Source: Hyphochytrium catenoides
Taxonomy: Eukaryota > Protista > Hyphochytriomycota
Length of the DNA stretch: 64,000 nucleotides
Direction of reading: 5' to 3'
Assembly (NCBI GenBank): GCA_900088475.1
Contig: FLMG01003327.1
Location: 1 to 64,000, forward strand
Under the pieces are notes generated by a model. It worked only from the letters and a program-made list of their open reading frames with translations. It ran no database searches and was not told the DNA's origin. A program made the position numbers and the translations under genes. Shown piece by piece: positions 24,487 through 34,725 of this stretch. Numbering within the stretch: the first letter of the stretch is position 1; the number at the start of each line of letters is the position of its first letter.

Positions 24487-25742
24487 TTCTCTCATCATGC
24501 TCCCATCGATGATGTCCTTTCGCAGTGAGGTAGTAAGGTAACTTGGAAGGGCAGAGCTCTAAGATATCACTTGGAACAGACGTAGTAATAACCCTATTCG
24601 ATCTTGAAAGCTTGTTCTGCTCTTCCCTCACTATTACTAGAGATGCACCGCAATATACACACAGGGTAAGCGTATTGTTAAGTAGGTATTACTACTGCGT
24701 TGCAGAGGACTGGGGTCTTCTCTCTCCCTGCTTGTGTCCCCTTTCTTCCTTTCCCTGCCTCGCACAGTTCTGTTTGCTGCCGAATTTACAGAACCGTCCC
24801 AAGAACAGCACCGTTACTGCGTCACCTCTGTCTTTTATTTAGTCGCAGTGCTACAACCGCTCGCTATCTCTTTTTCTCACATCCTCCTCCTCCCACCTTC
24901 CTGTCGTTCTATCAATCTGTCTGTTCCTCTTTTCTTCCTCTTTTCAGCTTTTCTGTTTCGAAAGGATCCGAATTTCCTTCCTTTTTTTGGGGTGAGACGG
25001 TACATATGAGAGAGATATTTCTCAACGAGACAGAGAGACAGAGAGAAGAACGGCGTTGCACTTTGTAAAGAGGGTTAGGTGAGAGACAGAGGACAGAGAG
25101 AGAGAGGGAAGAGTGGTTTTGATGTGGGATTCTGGAAGAAATGACAGGAGAAAGGATTGTGCACGCCTGAGCGCGGCGATGCCGCGGCACAGAACCTTGT
25201 TGTTTGGCGCTGAGTGAGAGTTGAGAGGCTGGAGAATGGAGACAAGGCACCCTCTTTAGTTCGGTACTTGCTTCTCCGTTCATGCGCTGGCCATTATTAT
25301 TCCTTTGAGGTTTCCAGCTGTAAGCTGTAAGTGTAAACTGGTCCCCTACTACTAGTATTAGCTCCGGAAAGGCCTGGTTTATAGAGGTCTCTCGACCAAC
25401 ATAAGATTGAGACGCTGCAGCTCTACCTGTGTAGAGGAATAGATAGATTTATATCCAACCGTACTACTTCGCCCAAGGGAGTGAGTTCTTCGGAAAAGAG
25501 AAGCTAAAAAAGCAGTGTACAAGGAGAGAAAGACGCAAACTGGACCCATCAGAATGCCAAGTGGCATAGCTCTTATCCAGCATCACACCTTCCCTTTCTA
25601 ACTTAGAGATTTGATCAACCGACGCGCGGGTGCCTATTGACGGCTCGATGTAAGGGCCTGCACGGGTGCACGAGCCCTTTTCCCCTAATGAAGTCGTACT
25701 AGGATTAGCAAGCGACTTGACGTCGAGCTAGCAAGGGGCAAC

Positions 25743-27331
25743 ATGGAGGTGACGGGACCCTTAGAGTGGGCTTCCCTGTCCTGTTGTGCCTCGTTGGTGC
25801 TGCTCATGCTCTTCTCGGTGGGCTACTGCTGGCGGGTCTACGTGGTTCCGCCACTGCAGAATTTCTATGTCCGGTTTTTTATAACCTTATCCTTACTTAG
25901 CGGTCTGCACCTGTGGACAGTCATGGGTGAGCTCACCTTCCGCTACACATTTGCTCTAGATCTATTTATTAGCTCTCTGCTGGAGGGCTATATCCTCTTT
26001 AACTTCTGGGTACTAGTGGTTATGCATGTGGGCGGAACCAGTGCTGTCGTGGCTATTATAGAACATAGACAAAACTGCACAAGGTCCTCCCTTAGCAGGA
26101 AACGCTGTTCATGGTCCTACGTAGTCTTCGATGTGCTCAGGTTCAGTAATGCCCTTTCTGAATATCGAGCCCTGCGTCTGAGCTTCATACAGTGGGCAGT
26201 CATTAGGTGAGTTGACCATTGAGTCTCTGCCCGCATTTTTCTCAGCCTCTAATCGGTCTCTCCCTCTTGAAAGGCCATTTATTGCAGGAGGGTTGGCATT
26301 CACCGCGGTTTCCTATAACACGGAAGAGCCTTACATTATTGTCATTCAAGTAGTGCTCTACGTGCTAGAATATTTATCCTTTCTCCTGGTAGCGATGGGA
26401 CTAATCAGGACAGTGTTGACGTGCATGCCCAAAATTGCGAGGTAACCCTTTGACTGCACTCACCTCTTGGTTGCTACCTTTCCCTGCTGCCGTCGCTCTT
26501 AGCCACCAAACTCTGGGTAGCTCCTTCATTCGTCTATTGGTATCGCGCTGATGAGTTTTGGAACTTTCATTCGCTGACACCGCTGTCTCTCATGACAGGA
26601 GTGTACGAGTCTACCAAAAATTAGCCATCGTCCTTATGGTCGCGTACATACCATGCGTACAATGGACTATCGTCAGCTTTATCACTGGATCGTCGCCGGG
26701 CTTAGAAGTGGTTCGCCTCTCCAGTGCTATCATTATTTTCGAGTATGTGGCGTTGCAGAGCTGGATGACATGGATCGTCTTGACTGAGAAGTATCAGAGG
26801 GGAAACAGCCTTCTCACGGAAGTTACAACTGTCAGAGACAGTGACGGCAATACGCTGCATACGGAAGACCTCCGAATGTCCTCTCAGGCGGCAGGTGCCT
26901 CTACTAGGCGGAAGCCACAAGCCCCGAGGCGGCGATGGTGGAAGGACTCTAGATGCAGTTTCCTCTGTCTTTGCGATATTTTAGCGGATCCGATCCCTGA
27001 GGTGCCAGCATTGGAGGATGCATTCGGAGGTCTCCCCGATCCCATTTTTGGTATAGAGATGATGGGATCCTGGGCTGCATCGCCCTTTCGGAGCAGAGTG
27101 GATAGCTTCTTTGTCACCTTCCTAGACCAGCGAGGGCTGATGTCTGTTACCTCAGAACGACATTTGCCATCGTCCAACTCAGAAAGGGCCTTCCCGTCTG
27201 TCGCTTCAGAAAGGGCATTCACCTCAGTGGCATCCGAGAGGGGTCTGACTTCGCTGACCTCCTATCACGACATTCTCTTCACTTTTAGGGATGAAGACTC
27301 CTCCTCTTCTCGGACGCATAGATGTTTATAG
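25743..27331 (+). CDS. Organic solute transporter alpha / TMEM184-like membrane protein; exons 25743-26207, 26274-26441, 26599-27331
   Basis: LLEGYILFNFWVLVVMHVGG and FIQWAVIR|PF resemble the Solute_trans_a motifs YEAYVIYxF...GG and LQF..+RP; phase-consistent GT-AG introns. Confidence 0.7.
27150..27262 (+). repeat. Four degenerate 27-nt coding repeats (SERxxxSxx) in the transporter C-tail
   Basis: SERHLPSSN SERAFPSVA SERAFTSVA SERGLTSLT. Confidence 0.85.
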
Positions 27332-28017
27332 TCCTCCCTCCTTCTCTTGCAAGGATGGCCTTTCCTGAGGTCTTTTACAAATAGAACGTTAGGTAAAGTT
27401 CCTTATGTTGAATTTTCTGTGTAACTCTCGCACTTGGAGCCGCCATCGATCGGGCATTACTTTTTTCAAGAGTCCGACAATCATACTTGGTCATTTGCCT
27501 ATCCCACAATAATAGAAGTCGCCAAACCTCTCCTCTGTGCAATGGCCGCCATCTATGACAGAAGAAGTCTTGTGTGCTCGAAAACCACATCTTTCTTCGC
27601 CCTCCTTTCCCTCCCGGTGATGAGGACCGAAAGACGGAGCTATTTTATGGTGCTGGCAAGAGATAGACCATCGTGGTGGAAAAGCTCCGGGACCTATCTT
27701 ATCGAGGGAAGCGACCAAGGAACTTGAACACTAGACATGATAGTGAAGAACTTCGAAGGGGAACTGAGCTTCGCCAAGCTAACGACTTTCCTCCTTCTCT
27801 TCTCCCGCTATCTAGTACTGGGATGCAGAGGTAGCTGCCATCTTCATGATTTCTATCACTAGTCGTCATTAGAGCGGGACTCAAAGTGAGTTTTGATGAT
27901 GATGGGCAAGGGCACACAACATCCTCTACGTATTGAAGGACTGCTACATTTATTTAGTAGCACTCCTTTGCTGCTGAACTATGTATTCTCTTTTTCACTA
28001 CGTAAGGCCTGCTGCAT

Positions 28018-28758
28018 TTAGCCCTCTTCTTCTGCTAAGATATCCCCCTTTTCACTATCGTCATCCTTTTGAGGCTGAAAGAAAATGTACGTTGTGTCGT
28101 AGGGCACCTTCTCATACTGATCCGTGCTCGCAGCAGTACATTTGACCCCATCCGGTGCTACCCCACCCTCGGTGTTCACACGCAATACGTACGTAGTAGC
28201 GCTGAGGATGCCATCTAAAGATGCTCCCGTCTTCTCGGTTTGCAGCCAAGGTATATTCTTGCTTGCATCGGGAGAAGGAAGAGTCACCAAGGCTTTCGTG
28301 GTTACCAAGCTCTTTTCAGCTGTCAGTTCCCAAGTCGGTCGACCGCCATTCGCATCTTTGACTGGCAGAAAGTAGTGGATCCCTAGCGCAATCTTCTTCA
28401 AGGACTGATTACCGTGCCGATATAGCTTGGCTTCTGGTTGATCGAAGATCCAAGCGGTGCCATTACATCCTGGTTGAAGCGGAAGAGGGAGGGCATTTCG
28501 TAAGCAGTGTTATGTGCTCGCACTGGCGCACATCTACAATGGCTAAAGAAAGAGCGATTTTGACTTACTATAGTTCTGAGTGCCCTTGGCATAAAGCTCC
28601 AGGAAGCAATCATTCCCAGCCGGTGGTATCAAGGAAGCAGGAACGGAGGGGAGCACTTTGCATTTGGCTGGTCCGGCAGATACGGTCCCTAAATGCTGCT
28701 CACCCACAATCACAGCTAGTGCTGCCGCAAAAGCAGCTGGCAACTTGAAGAACTTCAT
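28018..28758 (-). CDS. Secreted DUF3455-family protein; exons 28569-28758 and 28018-28469
   Basis: Signal peptide MKFFKLPAAFAAALAV; spliced AKGTQNYRCNGTAWIFDQPEAKLY, GIHYF, GGRPTW, NIPWL, TYVLRVNTEGGVAP, VPYDTTYIF match the DUF3455 consensus. Confidence 0.85.
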
Positions 28759-31700
28759 TTCTCCTTCCAGTGGCTAGTGTTGCCTGCTGCTAGGGCGCCG
28801 GAAGTCGATTCAACTTCAGAAATGTTTGCGTGGAGACCGACCAGGATGAGGGGTTGGCGCTGCGGCTGCTTTTTGCTTGCTTCCGAGGTGGCCAAATGCA
28901 GAGTGAACCTTTACGTAAAGAGCTTCCATCCCTATGAAGTAAGAGTAGTCAAGGGTGGACGAGACTGTGTAGGTGAAGGAGGAAGACAACATATGTAGAA
29001 CGACTAAGGCTTCTTGTTAAGCACGCAACCTTGGGGAATCACACTTTTGCCGAAGCTTGCTACTTAGGGGCCATACTACCCATCAGCAGATGGGAACTGC
29101 CTGATGAAACGAAATGATCACTCCTCCTACTTCTTATTGCCCATGGTATGCTCACATCCTTCAATTTCCCACTCCTATCGGTGCGTTCACTGTGCTCCTT
29201 CTGCATGTGTTGCTCTCTTCTCGCAGCAGTAGCCAACCTGCTGGCACTGTCTATGCCATTTGGGGGGGCATCTATCCCTCCTTATGCTGACTAGCAAGAG
29301 CAAGCACTCCTTAGAGGTAGGACAGATCAGAGGATCTACCAGGTCCACCACGTCGTAATAGACGTATCAGATTAGGGTTAGAGTACTAATAATAACGATA
29401 ACACGAAGCTGTTGCCGCCTATCAGTTTGGCTACGCTTCCTTGGCCTGCCAATAGCCACCATTCTCTTTCTCCTCCTTCTCATGCGGTCAAGAGAAAAGA
29501 TGATTGGACAGCCCCCTCATCACAAAACAATGCCATTCAATGACGATGGACCCACCATCAACAAAGTGCCTTGCCTACAAATCAGTGGACTGGCAATATC
29601 TTATCCTACGTCCTCAAGCATCACATTGATCAAGCGATCACTAGGGCTTGTGGAGCGCTTCTCAGTCCGGACCGCCCACCTCAAAATGTAATGGGTTGAA
29701 TCTTTCTAGGGTCTTACCATCATTGGAAGTGCTGGGATTGAAGAAGAAGGGCCAAGAGAGGAATAATCAAATCTATAAATAGATCATGATGGGGTTTATA
29801 CCGTGCCCCCTGCTGGTTGGTTGGCGGCGCCCACAATGAACAAGCTTTCATAAGGGAATAGTGCAAGTCAGAAGAGCAGACTCTATTCTCCTCCTTCCAA
29901 GCCTACTAAGTCGACATCATGTTCCAACCCTTAGTCTCTCCCGCCTGATTGATCTGCAGCGAAGGGTCTGATAAGATTGTGGGCAACATCGAACACGCAA
30001 TGGCTACCGTAGTAATAAAGAGCAACATAGGCAACCAGTCAAAGTCAGTGATCGGAAGACGAAGAACGAGGAGGAGGGGCCTGACGACGAGTGAGGAGGC
30101 CACCGTCGTCCCTCAAGCCAAAGCACCAGCACAGGCGTGGGCTCCGTCTGATGATGATGATGGCGATCGTGCGTTGTGCCAAGTGGACCTCTTCCTTACT
30201 GCAAATGGAGGGAAGCTGGCAGCAGAGGCTCTCTGCATGGTTAGTGCACTAGTAGGTCTGAGAAGGAGGAAGAGAGGAAGGGGGTGGATGTTGTTCGTTT
30301 CAGTTCTCATATGCTTCTAATCCAGGAGGACTTCTGGGGAGTCCCTGATAACCTTTGAATGACTTACAGTATATACATTTGATGATGAGCTGCTGCTGCT
30401 GCAGTAGGCTGAGCTGATGGCTCTACCAGTAGTAGTAACTCATAGTCAACAATGAGGAGATTATGCAGATCTGCATCAGATGCCAACAAGAAGTCATCAT
30501 GAAGATTAGTCTTATTGGTCAGTGCATCTAGTAGCTATTACTGGCCTTATGCGTCCATGATGCACGCAGCACCAGCATTGCTATCGCCATACATGCTGAA
30601 GGACAGACAGTATGTAGTGCCCTCTACTTACTGTTATACTAATCAAATCATTTGAGTTATTAGATGATGGTCTCAACCTCCTCCTCAACTCTTCTTCTTG
30701 GGCCATGATGTAAGTAGTTGGTGGTGCGTGGCGGCTCCTCTGGCAAGGTGCGGCCTTTCTCCTTCCCTCGTTGATCGTCGGTCCCTTTCTCGTTATTAAG
30801 GCTGACGCGACGAGGAGGTCGCATGGAGTGGCAGAGGAGGAGGAGGAGGCCACACCACCACCATAATACGTTGCTTGTTTTTATTTTCTGTGCTGCCTCT
30901 TCATCTTCTTCTTCTTCTCTTTTGTCTCAGTTCTTCCTCTTCTCCTGCTAGCCTTTCGCCTTTCTTCATCTTCCTTCTTCTTCTCCTTTCGCCTCAATTT
31001 TCCTCTTCTCCTGCTCGCGTTGCGTCCTTCGTCTTCCTTCTCTTTTGTCTGATAGAGTCCCCAGCTTTCTTTGTTCAGTCTTCTTTCGCAATAGCATAAC
31101 AGATAGAACCAAATGCTTTATCCCTACTATCAACGGTGATAAATGGAAACAGGAGGGAGGGCAGTGGGAAGGAAATCATATTCGGTATAGCGGTAAGATC
31201 TCCTCATAGCGCCAAACGATTGCAGCCAAAGACAATGCACGGATGGTATGATTAACCGGTGGAAGTTGTAACGCTTGGCAATCGAAGAAGAGGAGAAGAC
31301 TGCCTGCTGGTCATTGCAGCTTCTCGCTTGCGAAGGGAACTCCTCGCCATTCATCAGTGTGATCAAAAGACCAGTAACCATAGGAGGACTACACTGCTTC
31401 TTCCCATATTTTTTGATACTCTGCTGAAGACTATGAGCATTTTTACTAGCTCAAGTAATATCATCACATTGTAATTGGCGTTTGCCGTCCATCATTCCTA
31501 TTCTACTCGTTGTACCTACAGCTTCCTAAGTAAGCTCGGGTGGTCAACTTCTGGTATTAATGAGCCGATTTGTCCAAGGCTAGCTGCTACTTCGCTACAG
31601 CCAAAAACTATATACACCTACAAGACAATTCTGTACGCCCTCCTTCTGTGAAGACAAGAAGGGAGAGCAGGAGGAACAGGTCCTCCGCATCTCCCGATCC

Positions 31701-31808
31701 TTCTAATAATCTTGCAACAGGGGAAGAGAGTGAGAGGTCTCGGAGCAAGTTTACCAATCAACCAGAGACAATGTTGTTACGTGGACTATTACTTTCGTAA
31801 GCGTGGAC

Positions 31809-32100
31809 TTCCTGACAGTCGGGCCGTCTCCTCGGAGGTTAAGAAGGTGGTAAACGACGGATTCACCATCATTCTTAGAGAAAGATGAAAAGAGAGTAGA
31901 AGAAGTTCCTGACATTCGGGCCGTCTCCGGAGCTTAAGAAGGTGGTAAACGACGGATTCTTCACCATCATTCTTAGAGAAAGGTGAAAAGAGAGTAGAAG
32001 AACTTCCTGACATTCAGGCCTTCTCCTCCGGGGTTAAGAAGGTGGGTAACGACGGATTCACCATCATTCTTAGAGAAAGTTAAAAAGAGAGTAGAAGAAG
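31809..32100 (+). repeat. Tandem repeat, 3 copies of ~97-98 bp
   Basis: Units start ttcctgaca at 31809, 31906 and 32004, each with ttaagaaggtgg..aacgacggattc..accatcattcttagagaaag..aaaagagagtagaagaa. Confidence 0.95.
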
Positions 32101-33200
32101 AGAACGAGCAACGGTAAGGAGGACAGGACTAGGAGGGGCAATGACTTGATAATAATAATAATAACCATCATCATCAGCGCCGACGATGGACGCCGGTGTT
32201 TGTATTTGACAAGCCACCAGAATAGGTTCTCCCCCCCAACGGAGACTACCACCAACAAGTAACTTACAGCTTATTAATAGTTGACAGAGGGAGCGCTGCC
32301 GCCGCCGGCCGGCCATCATCGAGCCGACAATGAAGAAGAAGAAGCGACAACAACAACAACAAACAAAAGCCCACTATTATCCTTCAAACGAACAGCTGGC
32401 TCTTTTGCTGCTGCTGATTCAAGAAGAAGTAAGAAGACCTTCAGTATCTGTAGACAAACAAGTATGGACTAAGCTAACAAAGAGTAGTAGATGGTCAATA
32501 TAGGGCAGCAGGGCAGCATCTCTCCAGTCTGTGACGATGATGACAAAACCAAACTGCCGACGAAGAGCGGAAGCGACACTCCCACTTTCTCCCTCCCTCG
32601 GCGTTTACAACGCTGGTTCTGACTCTTCTTCAGAATACATTCACATTAGTGCTACCTATTCCTGACATGCACGCCAAGTAGGCCGAATCCTAAATCAACA
32701 GAGCAATATGACACCCAAATATCTCCAGATAATAGTCCGCTAACTTGTTAAGAGGAGCATTGTATTATTTACCGTGATAAAGAGTACAGTAACTCTGAAG
32801 AGACCATTATCTATGGCCAATAAAAAGCAGAAAGGCGGAGTTGTGCGCCAGCCATCATCAACTCTTTCTGACTGTCCCTTGTTCCGAACCTCAGGGCGCT
32901 GGCTCTCAGCAGCAAAGATTGTATGGCAGCTCCATCAGCAGCAAGCAGTCAGCACTCGGCACAAGCAGATCATTCTCCCTTCCACGGCCTGCCTAACCAG
33001 CACGTAAGATTCGCCCGCTCTCGGAGTTGCCGGTAGCCTGAGTGAAGCCTTCCTTTATTGAGACTTGGTAAGTGAGAGGTGGTAGAGTCCTATAATCCTT
33101 TCTTCGCACCAGCCAGAAGATCCTTGACGTGCGCCGTTCTAGTAGCTGGCTGACCCTCGCTTTCGTGCTCTCTGGCTATTGGCTCTTTAGTTTAGACATC

Positions 33201-34394
33201 ATGAACGTGGCCAGATCTATAGCAAGAATCTCCTGCCGCCGCGGGGTGCCTAAGTCCGCGAGCAACCCTGTCCGAGCTGGCGCGCGTAGGCCAATTACCA
33301 CTGCTGCTAAGGACTCCAACAAGGGTCGTGGCTTCAACTGGCGGTAGGAACCGTGATTGATGACCAGCACTGCTTTTCTCCTAACGACACCAATCTGTTC
33401 TCCAGTACTGGACTGGGTGTTGCTGCGGCTGGACTCGGATGCGGAGGAACGATCGCTTTAGCTGCTGCAGAGCATGAGGGAGAGAGCGGCGTAGTTAGAA
33501 TCTCGGTATATGACGTGGACCTGGGCAACAAGTACCCGGAAATAGTCCCCTGTTTCATCGAGGTGTCTCAGGGCTCCAGGAACAAGTATGAGTGGGACAA
33601 TGAGCTTGGGTTTCTGAAGCTCGACCGCATCCTCCACTCCGCTGTCTTCTATCCTCACAACTACGGCTTCATTCCACGCACACTTTGCGGCGATGGCGAT
33701 CCCCTGGATGTCCTCATTATTGGTGGCGGTGCAATCCTGCCAGGTATGGCGCTGGCAGCTGGTCAAGGCCGTCTCCCTTCTATGCTACTCTCTACTTCCC
33801 GGCGTTGGCAGCCTCTCCTCTATGCCTCTTGGTTCACCCTTACGCCTTGCTAAATCCTCCATGCCATGGTAGTGCTACCCATACCCTGTGTCGCTTATGT
33901 TTCCCTTACTTTTTTGTTATCTTTGCTAGTCTTGAATTATTACGATTATCCTTTTGTCGCTTGTCCCTTGCCACCACCTCTTGGCATCGTGTCCTCCTCT
34001 AGTGGCGGTGCTGCTGTGCCTAACTCACTCTTCTGCAATCATCTGCGGTTGGGTGTTGCTTTGTTATTCAATAGGTTCCTGGGTAGATGCCCGTCCAATT
34101 GGGTACATGGTCATGGAGGACGAGAAGGGATTTGATGAGAAGGTTCTGGCTGTCGCTTGCAAGGACCCACGTTATAACGACGTGCAAAGCCTGGATGACG
34201 TCCCAAGCCACACTCTGCAGGAAATCGCACAATTCTTTGAGACGTATAAGGCCCTAGAGAGAAAGAAGTGGGTCAAGGTGGGAGGCTGGAAGGGCACGAG
34301 AGACACGTACAAGCTGCTAGAGGAGACTCACAAGAACTTCCTTGAGGCCAAGCAGACTTACAAGGAGGGCAACATCCCGTACTCAAAGAATTGA
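33201..34394 (+). CDS. ppa: Family I inorganic pyrophosphatase (prokaryote-type) with probable mitochondrial presequence; exons 33201-33343, 33406-33743, 34075-34394
   Basis: [59 protein letters not shown]; Arg-rich N-terminus. Confidence 0.95.
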
Positions 34395-34725
34395 GAGCCT
34401 TTATAGCAGCTTAGAGACCCAGAGCGTACGTGAGAGAGTAAGAGAGAGACGTTAGCGAGAGGGTTGCAGACTACGGAGCATTGACAGATGTATAGCTAAG
34501 TTTGCAGCAAGAATATAGCCTAGTAACCTTGATGATGACCTTAAGAAACGGCTTTTGACAGTTATGGAAGAGTGGGCCTTGTGGTTCAACGGCATCGTTT
34601 CTTATGGATGAAGGAGTTAGCTAAGTCGAAGCAGCTTAGCAGTCATTGTCCTTCCGAGAGCTCCTTGTCGCCTGCCTGGCCTGACAGCAGTCGCTTATGG
34701 CTGGCTCTAAAGTAGGCGTTACCGG

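Noticed and set aside
29372-29383. Telomeric TTAGGG repeat
   Set aside because: Only about 1.5 units; expected by chance
31809-32100. CRISPR array
   Set aside because: Units are contiguous ~97-bp copies with no unique spacers, no cas genes, eukaryotic context
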